The notes under the pieces were generated by a model. That model made no database searches, was not told the DNA's origin, and was given only the letters and a program-made list of their open reading frames with translations. The translations under genes were made by a program, and so were the position numbers. Shown here one piece after another: positions 1-10,796 of a stretch of DNA of 24,000 bases. Within the stretch, counting starts at the first letter, position 1, and each line of letters begins with the position of its first letter. Origin of the DNA: Terriglobia bacterium (GTDB taxonomy: Bacteria; Acidobacteriota; Terriglobia; Bryobacterales; Bryobacteraceae); NCBI GenBank assembly GCA_963823095.1, contig CAWGKI010000019.1, forward strand, positions 309,705 through 333,704, given 5' to 3'.

Positions 1-56
1 CACCACAAACCAGAAAAGCCGGAAACGACGACGCGCCTGAAGAAGGCCTGCGGCCG

Positions 57-536
57 TTGGATTGGGTCCGCACAAGACTCGCTTTCCTTTGGTTGGCAGG
101 GGCCTGCCTCATTCTGTCGTTGGTGGTGCTCCAGACGCTGAATGGCCGCTACGGCGACCACATACAGGAGGCCTGGACCTGGCTGATGCCCAATCTCATG
201 CCAACTATGGGGACCATCCTGGCTGGGCTCGGCTATACGGCGCTCGATCCGCACCGCTCCCGCACAAGGGTGCGGTCCAGCTTCTACCATGTGGCTTATT
301 GGTTGTCGCTCTTCTATCTGGCTCTCGTTCTGCTGACGATACTGATTGCGCCTACTCGGCCCGAGGGCGTAACCGGAAAAGGCGCGGTCGAGCTGATGCA
401 CACGGCGAATTTGTGGCTGGGTCCGCTGCAGGGGTTGGTCGCGACGGCGCTCGGTGTGCTTTTCGCCTCGAAACAGAAAAGCCAGGCAGACAAGCCCGCC
501 GCTGGCACGGAGAGTGACGCGTCAGATGGTGCTTGA
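57..536 (+). CDS. Hypothetical integral membrane protein, about 159 aa
   Basis: The ORF has several hydrophobic segments (LAFLWLAGACLILSLVVLQTL, FYHVAYWLSLFYLALVLLTILIA, LGPLQGLVATALGVLF) and a polar C-terminus. The start codon is uncertain (TTG). Confidence 0.65.
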   Translation: MDWVRTRLAFLWLAGACLILSLVVLQTLNGRYGDHIQEAWTWLMPNLMPTMGTILAGLGYTALDPHRSRTRVRSSFYHVAYWLSLFYLALVLLTILIAPTRPEGVTGKGAVELMHTANLWLGPLQGLVATALGVLFASKQKSQADKPAAGTESDASDGA

Positions 537-572
537 CCGGCGGTTCCTCGCCGATGCCATCCCCGATTCGAC

Positions 573-1411
573 TTAGTTGAGCGTCAGCCGGAAGTTGATG
601 TCCAGCGCGCGGGCCGAATGCGTGATGGCCCCCGCTGAAACGAAATCCGCGCCTGCTTCGGCGTAGGCGCGAGCAGTCTCCAGCGTGATGCCGCCGGAGA
701 GTTCGATACTCGCCCGTCCGTCGATTCTGGAGATCCATTCGCGGGCTTGCTCAGGCGTCAGATTGTCGAGCAGCAGCCGCTTGGCGCCACACGCCAGGGC
801 TTCGTCGAGTTCGGCGAGCGTGCGTACTTCAATCTCGACCGGGATCTTTTGTCCAGCCACCGAGGCCAGCGCCGCGCGCACTCCACCGGCGGCAGTGATG
901 TGGTTGTTCTTGATCAGAATCGCGTCGAACAGGCCCTGGCGATGATTTGTGACGCCGCCCGCCGCCGCGGCCATCTTCTCGAGCGTGCGCAAGCCTGGCG
1001 TAGTCTTGCGCGTATCCAGGACGCGGCATTTCGTTCCGTCGACGGCAGCGGCGAACCGGCTCGCGAGTGTCGCTACCCCCGACAGACGCTGGACGAAATT
1101 GAGCGCCGTGCGCTCGCATGTCAGCAGCGTGCGCGCCGGGCCGCGAACGCGGGCCAAGCAGTCACCCGGCTCGGCACGGTCGCCGCTGTGCTTTAGGACT
1201 TCCAGCGATTCCACGCCGCCGCGCAGTCGATAAACGACGGAGAGCAACTCAGTGCCCGCGACCACCATCGGCTCGCGTGCGTAGAACGCCCCGGAGGCGA
1301 TTCACGGTCAGCGGCGACGGTCAATTCCGTGGTGACGTCGCCGGAGCCTATGTCTTCCTCAAGTGCGCGCCGGACGGCGCCCAGGACTTCTGGATGGGTG
1401 GTGTCAAACAT
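573..1411 (-). CDS. nadC: Nicotinate-nucleotide pyrophosphorylase (quinolinate phosphoribosyltransferase), with an apparent 1-nt frameshift near 1285-1290
   Basis: The N-terminal part MFDTTHPEVLGAVRRALEEDIGSGDVTTELTVAADR is in one frame. The rest (FYAREPMVVAG...LTCERTALNFVQRLSGVAT...LDTRKTTPGLRTLEKMA...HRQGLFDAILIKNNHI...ELSGGI) is in another. This is a canonical QPRTase sequence. Confidence 0.9.
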
Positions 1412-1445
1412 GGAGCAAGCCTCCTCAAGTGGTGGTGGCGAATGC

Positions 1446-1540
1446 TGTGGCGCACGCTTCAGCGTGCCGTGGTGGCATTCATGCCACCATGCCGGACGTC
1501 GAGATGAATCTCGACGCTGCACGCTCAAGCGTGCGCCACA
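1446..1540. repeat. Intergenic palindromic element with about 22-bp terminal inverted repeats
   Basis: TGTGGCGCACGCTTCAGCGTGC (1446-1467) and the reverse complement of GCACGCTCAAGCGTGCGCCACA (1519-1540) differ at one position. Internal hairpins are GGTGGCATTCATGCCACC and CGTCGAGATGAATCTCGACG. Confidence 0.8.
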
Positions 1541-1547
1541 ATGCCCG

Positions 1548-4255
1548 CTACGCTTCCCGCTCAGCCAGCGCCGCGCGGCTGCGTTCGATCTGCGTCTCGT
1601 AGTCGGCGAGCTTGGCGCGCATCTCTTCAATCACGTGGGCCGGCGCCTTCGCGGTGAACTTCTCGTTCGAGAGCTGGCGGCGCGTATTCTCCACCACCTT
1701 GGTGAGCTGTTCGATCTCTTTCTGCAGCCGGACCTTCATCGCATCGGCCTGCGCGCCGGAGAGCTTCAGCACCACGTCGAATTCGGGCGTCGAGCGCAAT
1801 GCGCCGGCTTCATGCGGCGTCCCCGCATTGCCCAGACTGAACGTGGTGTTGGTGAGAGCTTCGAGAGCGGCATGTTCCGTCGCCGCCAGCTCGGCCGTCG
1901 CGTCATCATGCGCGTAGAGCGCGCCTTCGAGCCGCTGTTTCGGATCGAGCTTCTGGTCGGCGCGCAGCGCGCGCGTCGCGGTGATCATCTCCTGCAACAG
2001 CGCCATCTGACGGGCCGCCGTCTCGTTCAGCGCAGCCGGGTTCGCCTGCGGATACGCGGCGATGCAGAGCGACTCGGGAATGCCCTCGCTGCGCTTCACC
2101 AGCCGCTGCCATAGCTCCTCGCTGAGGAACGGCATCACCGGATGCAGCAGGCGCAAGAGCGCATTCGAAAACGCGCAGCAGATTCGACGAGATGAACCTG
2201 CGCGTCGGGGCTCTGAGCTTCAAGGGCATGGTTAATCCGCAGCTTCTTCAGCTCCACATACCAGTCGCAGAACTCGTCCCAGAAAAAGCCGTAAAGCAGG
2301 TCGGCGCATTCATGGAAGCGGAACGTCTTTTGCGCGTGATCCATCTTCGCGGCGACGTCGCTCAGACGATGGAAGATCCAGGCGTCTTCGAGCGCGACCG
2401 TCCCGCCTGCCGGAAGCGGCGTGGGCGCAGTGGCGTCGATCGAGTCAAGCTGGAGTTGTTCGACCTCCAGCTTCTCCATCTGCATAAAGATGAAGCGCGC
2501 GGCATTCCAAATCTTGTTGGCGAACGCCCGCGAACTGGTCATGCGTTCTTCGCTGAAAACGATATCCGTGCCGGGCGCGGCTCCTCGCAGCAATGCGAAG
2601 CGCACCGCGTCGGTGCCGTACTGCTCGGTGACCACCAGCGGGTCCACCACGTTGCCTTTAGTCTTCGACATCTTCTGGCGCTCGGCGTCGCGCACCAGAC
2701 CGTGGATGTAGACCGTGCGGAACGGGATGTCGCCCATGCACTCGATGCCGAGCATGATCATGCGCGCCACCCAGAAAAACAGGATGTCGAAACCGGTGAT
2801 CAGCAGCGAGGTCGGGTAGTAGGTCTTCAGCTCCTCGGTCTCGTCCGGCCAGCCGAGGGTCGAGAAGGGCCACAGGCCGGAGCTGAACCAGGTGTCCAGC
2901 ACGTCCGTGTCCTGGGTGATCTTGTCCGAGCCGCACTTCACGCACGCTTCGGGCGTCGTGCGCGAGACGGTCACTCCGCCGCAAACGGCGCAGTGCCAGG
3001 CCGGAATGCGGTGGCCCCACCAGAGCTGGCGCGAGATGCACCAGTCGCGGATGTTGTACATCCATTCGAAGTAAGTCTTCGACCAGTTCTCGGGCACGAA
3101 GACGATGCGGCCCTCTTCGACCGCCTTGATAGCGGGTTCGGCCAGAGGCTTCATGCTGCAGAACCATTGCGTGGAAACCAGCGGCTCCACCACGGTCTTG
3201 CAGCGCTGGCACGTGCCTGCGTTGAGCTTGTAGTCCTCGGTCCGCACCAGCGCGCCTTCGGCTTCGAGGTGTGCCAGCACGGCTTTCCGAGCTTCGTAAC
3301 GGTCGAGACCCGCGAACTCGCCGGCTTCGGCGGTCATCATCGCGTTCTTGTCGATGACGACAATCAACGGCAGCTTGTGACGCTTGCCGGCTTCAAAGTC
3401 GTTGGGATCGTGCGCGGGCGTGACCTTCACCACGCCGGTGCCGAACTGCGGATCGGCCAGCGTGTCGCAGATGATCGGGATCTCGCGGTTCATCAGCGGC
3501 AGGATCACGCTCTTGCCGTGCAGGTCCAGATACCGCTCGTCGTCGGGATGAATGGCGACCGCGGTATCGCCGAGCATCGTCTCCGGCCGTGTGGTGGCCA
3601 CGGTGACGAAGCGTCCGGGCATGTCCTTCACTGGGTATTGGATATGCCACAGCTTACCCTGCGACTCGACATGGACCACTTCCAGGTCCGACAGAGCCGT
3701 CTGGCAACTCGGGCACCAGTTCACCATGTACTCGCCGCGATAGATGAGGCCCTTTTCGTAAAGCCGCACGAACACTTCGCGGACTGCTCGGGACAGCCCT
3801 TCATCCATCGTGAAGCGGTTGCGCGACCAATCGCACGAATCGCCAATCCGCTTCATCTGGCTGAGGATCGTGCCGCCATACTGCTCTTTCCAGGCCCAGA
3901 CGCGCTTCTCGAACTCCTCGCGGCCCAGGTCGTGCCGCGTGAGGTTCTCCGTAGCCTTCAGATTGCGTTCCACCACCATCTGAGTGGCGATACCGGCGTG
4001 ATCGGTACCGGGCACCCACAGCGTCTGGTCGCCCTTCATGCGGTGCCAGCGCGTGGTGACGTCGATCTCGCTGTGCTCCAGCATGTGGCCGATGTGCAAC
4101 ATGCCGGTCACGTTGGGCGGAGGAATAACGAGGGAGAAGACCTCGCGTCCCGGCGAGGTCAGCGCCGCCGGCGCCGTGAAAAAGCCGCGGTCAATCCACC
4201 ATTGGGCCCAATGCTTCTCAAAGCGCTGGGGCTCGTACACTTTCTCTAACTGCAT
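1548..4255 (-). CDS. valS: Valyl-tRNA synthetase, with an apparent 1-nt frameshift in the AAAA run near 2168-2171
   Basis: The 706-aa ORF starts [20 protein letters not shown] and carries [17 protein letters not shown] and [12 protein letters not shown] motifs. The C-terminal 202 aa ([20 protein letters not shown]...) continue in another frame. Confidence 0.95.
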
Positions 4256-4364
4256 GGGAAATCACCAGTTTAGCATGGGGCGCGAGCCCGGTTTGCGGTT
4301 TAGAATGTGCGGTTTTGGCGTGGGTGCCGGTACAGGCGATTCACTGGAGAGAGGTAGATGGACC

Positions 4365-4440
4365 AGCCGTGTGAAGATTAACTCCCGGCAATCTCTATTA
4401 GGCGAGCCCTCCTGGGCGATAAGCTAGGAAGGCCACGGCT
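4365..4440 (+). promoter_or_regulatory. Candidate structured 5' leader upstream of the histidine kinase
   Basis: AGCCGTG (4365-4371) can pair with CACGGCT (4434-4440), enclosing the hairpin GCCC-TCCT-GGGC (4406-4417). It ends 12 nt before the ATG at 4453. I cannot match it to a known class by eye. Confidence 0.25.
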
Positions 4441-4452
4441 TTTGCTGCTGTC

Positions 4453-6432
4453 ATGGAACTCCTCACGCGCCTCTCGCTATTTCTGGTTTGTTTCTTCGCT
4501 CTCACCGCGACTGCGGCTTCCCCCGCCGAGCCCAAGGACGTGCAAGCCATCGACCACGTGCAGCAACTCGCTTTCGATCACCAGAATGTGCAGGTTCTAG
4601 TTCGCGGCGTGGTGATCGAGGCGCCCGGCCGCCTGCCCGCAGACCCCCGTTTCTTTCACATTCAGGACCCGAGCGGTGGCATCGCGGTCCTGCCGACTAC
4701 CCGCCTGGCGCTGAATCTGGGCGATTGCGTGGATGTCGCCGGGACCACCATGCTGTTTAACGACCTGGAGCCGCAGATCGAGGCGCCTTCCGTCAAGATC
4801 GCCACTGCGGCGTGCGCGCCGCCCGAGGCCCGCTTCCTTTCGGTGGGCGAGGTTCGCTCCGGCCGTGGTTCGGGCGGTCTGGTTCGAGTCCTGAGCCGCG
4901 TGGTGGACTCCAGCGCGGGGGATGATCGCGCTCTGATTCTGGTTGGCAGTGCCAAGCCGCCCCTGCGGGTGGTTCTGCGCCGGCCGGGCGCGGCACTCGC
5001 GGAGATCCGGCAAAAGGCCGCGGAAGGGGCACTGGTTGAGGTCGTCGGGGTCTCACTGCCTTCCGCCGATGGAAAGTCGAATTTCTTGCGTTTGCGGCGG
5101 CCATCGGACATCGTGCAAAAGGTACCGCCTCCCTTCCGCCCCCATCCGGGCGTGGTTTGGCTTTCATTGGCTCTGGTCGGCGTTGGAGGGGTTACCACCG
5201 CCTGGATCATCACGCTGCGCCGCGCCGTTGCGCGGAAGACGCGCGAGATCGGCCGCCTGCTTGAACAGGCCCAGGCCACCTCGCTGCTGAAGAGCCAGTT
5301 TCTGGCGAACATGAGCCACGAAATTCGAACTCCGATCCACGGAATCATGGGCATGCAAGAAATGGTTCTGCAGTCCGATCTCGAGCCGATACAGCGGGAG
5401 AGCCTGGAAATCGCCCACTCCGCGACGCGCTCGCTGCTCTCCCTGCTCAACGACATCCTGGACCTGTCGAAGATCGAAGCCAACAGCATGAAGATCGCTC
5501 CGGAGCCGATGAGCCTGCAGGGCTTGATGGCTGAGTTGGAGCGCCAGTTTCAGGCCCGGGCCCGCATGTCGGGTGTCGCATTCGAGGTTACGGTGGACCG
5601 GGACGTGCCCGAGTATGTCGTGGGCGATGCGTTGCGGCTCCGCCAGGTGCTCACCAATCTGTTGAGCAACGCATTCAAGTTCACCGAAGAAGGTTCGGTG
5701 ACCATGAGCTGTTCGGTGGCCGGACAGGTAGAAGTGGGGAACCGGGCGAACGCCGCGCGGGTCTGTTTCGCCGTTCAGGATACCGGCATCGGCATCGCAA
5801 CGGCGGATCTGGAGAAGGTCTTCTCCGCATTTCACCAGGCGGACGGCTCGATCACCAGGCGATTCGGAGGGACCGGGTTGGGCCTGACCATCGCCAGCCA
5901 CCTGGTGGACCTCATGCACGGCAGCTTGAATTGCGACAGCACGGAGGGCAGAGGTTCGGTCTTCTCCTTTGAAGTAGAACTGCCGCTCGCCGAAAGACCT
6001 CCGGCGGATGAGCCTCAATCCGAAGACGGCTTGCCAGTCCTGCCATTGCGCCTTCTGCTGGCCGAAGACAATCCTATCAATCAGCTTGTCGTCCGCCGCC
6101 CGCTCGAGGCGCTCGGCCATGAAGTCGTGGTCTGCGAAGACGGCCAGCGGGCAGTGGAGCTTTGTGAGGAGACGAGCTTCGACATCGTACTGATGGACGT
6201 CCAAATGCCAGTCCTGGACGGGTTGGAGGCGGCGCGGCGCATTCGTCAAGGGGAGTTGCGATCGCGAGGTCCGCGAGTGCCGATTCTGGCCTTGACCGCG
6301 AACTCTCTTCGCGATCAGATCGACGCCTGCTTCGAAGCCGGGATGGACGCCTGTCTCTGCAAGCCTTTTCTTCCCGCGGACCTATTGAACTTGATCGCGG
6401 TTCACGGACGGCATCCGCAGAAGATGGCTTAG
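4453..6432 (+). CDS. Hybrid sensor histidine kinase/response regulator with an N-terminal extracytoplasmic domain
   Basis: It has a signal-like N-terminus and an OB-fold-like extracytoplasmic stretch (VRGVVIEAPGRLP...FFHIQDPSGGIAVL). A TM segment (VVWLSLALVGVGGVTTAWIITL), the H-box FLANMSHEIRTPIHG, the ATPase motifs VLTNLLSNAFKFT / DTGIGI / FGGTGLGLTI, and a REC domain (LLAEDNPINQLV...DIVLMDVQMPVLDGLEAAR...ILALTA) follow. Confidence 0.93.
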   Translation: MELLTRLSLFLVCFFALTATAASPAEPKDVQAIDHVQQLAFDHQNVQVLVRGVVIEAPGRLPADPRFFHIQDPSGGIAVLPTTRLALNLGDCVDVAGTTMLFNDLEPQIEAPSVKIATAACAPPEARFLSVGEVRSGRGSGGLVRVLSRVVDSSAGDDRALILVGSAKPPLRVVLRRPGAALAEIRQKAAEGALVEVVGVSLPSADGKSNFLRLRRPSDIVQKVPPPFRPHPGVVWLSLALVGVGGVTTAWIITLRRAVARKTREIGRLLEQAQATSLLKSQFLANMSHEIRTPIHGIMGMQEMVLQSDLEPIQRESLEIAHSATRSLLSLLNDILDLSKIEANSMKIAPEPMSLQGLMAELERQFQARARMSGVAFEVTVDRDVPEYVVGDALRLRQVLTNLLSNAFKFTEEGSVTMSCSVAGQVEVGNRANAARVCFAVQDTGIGIATADLEKVFSAFHQADGSITRRFGGTGLGLTIASHLVDLMHGSLNCDSTEGRGSVFSFEVELPLAERPPADEPQSEDGLPVLPLRLLLAEDNPINQLVVRRPLEALGHEVVVCEDGQRAVELCEETSFDIVLMDVQMPVLDGLEAARRIRQGELRSRGPRVPILALTANSLRDQIDACFEAGMDACLCKPFLPADLLNLIAVHGRHPQKMA

Positions 6433-6486
6433 GGCCCGTCAAGAAATAATCATGCCGTTCGGTGGTTGCGCTGCTGGCGTTGCGGT

Positions 6487-6524
6487 GCACGCTTGAGCGT
6501 GCGGCGTCGACACTTTTGTCGACG
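6487..6524. repeat. Palindromic intergenic element related to the 1446-1540 element
   Basis: The hairpins GCACGCTTGAGCGTGC (6487-6502) and CGTCGACACTTTTGTCGACG (6505-6524) share arm sequences with the 1446-1540 element. Confidence 0.55.
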
Positions 6525-6715
6525 TTCGGACTATGCCGCAGGAGTGCCGGCACTGCACAGTGAAGCGCGCGCGACAAAGCTCCTGGACTCCCCAATGCCG
6601 CGAACTCTGTCGAGACTGCAACTGTTATTTCCTGACGGGCTGTTGGCCGGTTCCGCCCCACGCATGCGAGCGACTGACCTGCTCGACTGGCGAGCCACTC
6701 GTATAAAGTAAGTGC

Positions 6716-7892
6716 ATGGCTCCTATCGAGGCGATTCAAGAGGCACTGCGTGCGGAAGGTCTGGACGGCTGGCTGTTCTTCGACCACCACCGGCGGGACC
6801 CGCTGGCATATCGCGTCCTGAAGTTCGAGCCCGGCCAAATGGTGTCGCGGCGCTGGTACTACCTCGTGCCCGCCCAGGGCGAGCCGCGGAAGCTGGTTCA
6901 TAAGATCGAATCGCACGTGCTAGATCCCCTGCCGGGCGCCACGACGCAGTACTCCGGGTGGCGCGACCAGCAGGTTCTTTTGCCTGCTCTCTTGGCCGGG
7001 TCCAAGCGCGTGGCGATGCAGTACTCGCCTAACTGCGCGGTGCCGTATGTCTCGAACATCGACGCCGGCACGGTGGAATTGGTGCGCGGCTGTGGCGTAG
7101 AAGTTGTGACTTCCGCCAACCTGATCCAGGTGTTTGAGGCCGTGTGGAGCGAGGCCCAGTACGCCATGCACAAGCGCGCTGGGACTCTCGTGGACGCGGC
7201 CCGGCGAGCTGCGTTTGCGCGCGTCTCCGACGTACTGCGCTCTGGCCACCACGTCACCGAATACGAGATTCAACAGTTCATTTGCGACACGTTCAAGAGC
7301 AGCGGGTTGACCTATGACCACGGTCCGATCGTGGCAGTCAACGGCAACGCCTCGAATGCCCATTACGATCCGGACCGCACGAACAGCTCCGAGATCAAGC
7401 GAGGCGACCTGCTCCTGATCGACCTGTGGGCCAAGCTCGACCAACCCGGCGCGGTCTACTACGACATCACCTGGACGGGATACTGCGGTACCGATCCCGC
7501 CGACAAGATGCTGAACGTCTTCGCCGCCGTCACGGGCGCGCGCGACGCCGCAGTGGCTCGCGTGAAGAGCGCCGTGAACGAAGGCACGCCGCTCGCCGGA
7601 TATCAAGTGGACGACGCATGCCGCAGGCTTCCTGCGGGAGCGCGGCCTCGACGAGCATTTCTTCCATCGCACCGGCCATTCCATCGGCGAGGAAGTGCAC
7701 GGCAACGGCGCCAATATGGACAACTTCGAGACCCACGACGAGCGCATCGTCATTCCGGGTACCTGCTTTTCCGTGGAGCCTGGAGTGTACCTTCCCGATT
7801 TCGGTATTCGCAGCGAAGTGAATGTCTATCGGGCGCAGTCCTCGGCCGAGGTGACTGGCGAGATCCAGACCGCGCTGCTGCGGCTGCTCTAA
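6716..7892 (+). CDS. M24 family metallopeptidase (Xaa-Pro aminopeptidase-like), with an apparent frameshift near 7618-7625
   Basis: MAPIEAIQEALRAEGLDGWLFFDHHRRDPL... and GPIVAVNGNASNAHYDPD..I..GDLLLIDLWAK up to AGYQVDDAC are in frame 1. AGFLRERGLDEHFFHRTGHSIGEEVHGNGANMDNFETHDERIVIPGTCFSVEPGVYLPDFGIRSEVNVY continues in a second frame to the stop at 7892. Confidence 0.88.
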
Positions 7893-7916
7893 AAGCCCTG
7901 AACGGGGCCACCGCCC

Positions 7917-8580
7917 GGAAACCGAGCCGCGACCGTGAGGGATCTTTAGCATCGAGCCTTGTCAGATCCCCAGCACGGAGCCGCGAACGAAGAGAGCGGC
8001 CCCCCTCAAACCACCTCTCCTTTTCGGTCATGGCACAGATCTGAAACCGAGCCGCGACCGTGAGGGAGTGGTTGCAGCTTCTTCAGGCCCCCAGCACCGA
8101 GCCGCGAACGAAGAGAGCGGTCCCCTCTCGAACCACCTCTCCTTTTCGGTCATGGCTCACTCCTGAAACGGAGCCACGACCGCGAGGGAGTGGTTGCATC
8201 GAGCTGCTCGTCGCATGTCAGCACCGAACCGCGAACGAAGAGAGCGCCCCCCCCTCAAACCACCTCTCCTCTTCGGTCATGGCACCACCCTGAAACGGAG
8301 CCGCGACCGTGAGGGAGTGGTTGCATCGAGCTGCTCGTCGCATGTCAGCACCGAACCGCGAACGAAGAGAGCGCCCCCCCTCAAACCACCTCTCCTTTTC
8401 GGTCATGGCACCACCCTGAAACGGAGCCGCGACCGTGAGGGAGTGGTTGCAGCTTCTTCAGGTCCCCAGCACCGAGCCGCGAACGAAGAGAGCGGTCCCC
8501 TCTCGAACCACCTCTCCTTTTCGGTCATGGCTCACTCCTGAAACGGAGCCACGACCGCGAGGGAGTGGTTGCATCGAGCT
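7917..8580. repeat. Tandem repeat array, about 5.3 units with a period of 122-127 bp
   Basis: Units begin near 7917, 8041, 8163, 8290, 8416 and 8538 (partial). The consensus is CTGAAACSGAGCCRCGACCGYGAGGGAGTGGTTGCA...CACCGARCCGCGAACGAAGAGAGCG...CCACCTCTCCTTTTCGGTCATGGC. Confidence 0.93.
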
Positions 8581-8681
8581 TCCTTTTTGGCACGGATGCC
8601 GGTCCCGTCCGGAAGGCCCGCGCTCCCAGCGTACCGATACCGCTAAAATCAGTATGGGAAGACGGGCAGGGAGGCACGCCT

Positions 8682-9010
8682 ATGGATGGGTACTATCACC
8701 AGGACGATCTCGCCCATTTCGCGGACATGGGCAAGGATGCGCCGGAGCTGTGGCGCAAATTCTCTGAGTGGTATGGCGCGGTGTTCGCGGAAGGCGCTTT
8801 GACGGAACGGGAGAAGTGCCTGATCGCACTAGGCGTCGCGCACGCCGTACAGTGCCCGTATTGCATCGACGCCTATACGCAAGCGTGTCTTGAAAAGGGC
8901 TCGAATCTGGAGCAGATGACCGAGGCCGTGCACGTGGCGAGCGCCATCCGTGGCGGCGCTTCGCTGGTGCACGGCCTGCAAATGCGAAATGCCGCCGAAA
9001 AGGTAAGCAT

Positions 9011-9014
<4 letters not shown>
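8682..9014 (+). CDS. Carboxymuconolactone decarboxylase/AhpD-like protein, arsenosugar-biosynthesis-associated peroxidase-like
   Basis: MDGYYHQDDLAHFADMGKDAPELWRKFSEWYG...CLIALGVAHAVQCPYCIDAYTQACLEKG has the CxxC...H-type CMD motif. It overlaps the start of the arsS-like gene. The ATG at 8682 is preferred over the track start at 8565, which lies in the repeat array. Confidence 0.85.
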
Positions 9015-9982
<968 letters not shown>

Positions 9983-10070
9983 TCGCGAGTATCGCCGGAC
10001 TTGTCTCCGGATTAAAACACGCGTCGTGAGTTCGATCGCGAGTTTTAGCATCTGATACGCTCTTTCAAGG

Positions 10071-10409
10071 ATGAAGCTTCCTAACGGCGCTGCGGCGATC
10101 GTCGAAATGTCCAAGCTCCGAGATTACTGCCTCGATCCGTATCATTCCCGCGGCCGGCACAAAGCCCGCATGTTCCAGTCCACACTGGGGATTTCCCAGG
10201 CGGACGCTGGCTGGCTGCGTGCGGCGTTGATTGCGGCGGCCGGCGAAGCGGACGCGGTGGAAGGTGTATCCGATGAATACGGCGACCGGTACACAGTGGA
10301 TTTCGAAATCAGCCGAAGCGATCGCCGTGCAATGCTCCGGAGCGCTCGGATTGTCTTCCGGGGCGAGACGGCACCGCGTTTGACGAGTTGTTTTGTACTA
10401 TTGAATTGA
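10071..10409 (+). CDS. DUF6883-like protein, 112 aa
   Basis: MKLPNGAAAIVEMSKLRDYCLDPYHSRGRHKARMFQSTLGI...RYTVDFEI...VRSARIVFRGETAPRLTSCFVL resembles this family, which is commonly next to DUF4926. Family assignment is by recall. Confidence 0.7.
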   Translation: MKLPNGAAAIVEMSKLRDYCLDPYHSRGRHKARMFQSTLGISQADAGWLRAALIAAAGEADAVEGVSDEYGDRYTVDFEISRSDRRAMLRSARIVFRGETAPRLTSCFVLLN

Positions 10410-10417
10410 GGTGCGCT

Positions 10418-10636
10418 ATGCGCGAACTCGAGCTGCTTTCCGTAGTTGCGCTGCTGGAAGACGTCTCCGGTAAGGGTCTCCTGCGTGGCCAGGTCGGCAC
10501 CGTGGTCGAGCGGCTTGCTGCCGGTGTATACGAGGTCGAGTTCAGCGACGACGAGGGGCGTTCGTACGCGGAGCTTCCGCTGCGGGCGGAACAGTTGCTC
10601 CAACTGCATCACGAGCCGACTCATCGGGCGGCCTGA
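10418..10636 (+). CDS. DUF4926-like small protein, 72 aa
   Basis: MRELELLSVVALLEDVSGKGLLRGQVGTVVERLAAGVYEVEFSDDEGRSYAELPLRAEQLLQL lies immediately downstream of the DUF6883-like gene. Confidence 0.75.
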   Translation: MRELELLSVVALLEDVSGKGLLRGQVGTVVERLAAGVYEVEFSDDEGRSYAELPLRAEQLLQLHHEPTHRAA

Positions 10637-10796
10637 ACAGGCGACCGGCGACCGGGGACAGCCTGACCCGTCCCATCTGCAACTCATTGAGCGCAGGGAA
10701 TTTGGTGAATCAGAGCAGGTGAGTATCAGATTCCTCCCGCCCCCATGCTGCTTGCCCGCCGCTTGATCGTATATCCGATAACCCCAGACAGAGTCC

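Noticed and set aside
2192-4249. 685-aa plus-strand ORF overlapping valS
   Set aside because: It is antisense to a clearly conserved valyl-tRNA synthetase and has the low-complexity arginine/histidine/alanine look of a high-GC shadow ORF.
4597-6249. Minus-strand ORFs inside the histidine kinase gene (including 4662..5489 and 5164..6249)
   Set aside because: They are antisense shadows of a strongly supported multi-domain CDS.
8060-8541. Short ORFs within the tandem array (8060..8293, 8194..8541, 8435..8767)
   Set aside because: They are products of the DNA repeat. Unit lengths are not consistently multiples of three and the peptides recur in different frames.
7917-8580. CRISPR array
   Set aside because: The repeated unit is 122-127 bp and almost entirely conserved, without 25-40 bp repeats separated by unique spacers, and there are no cas genes.
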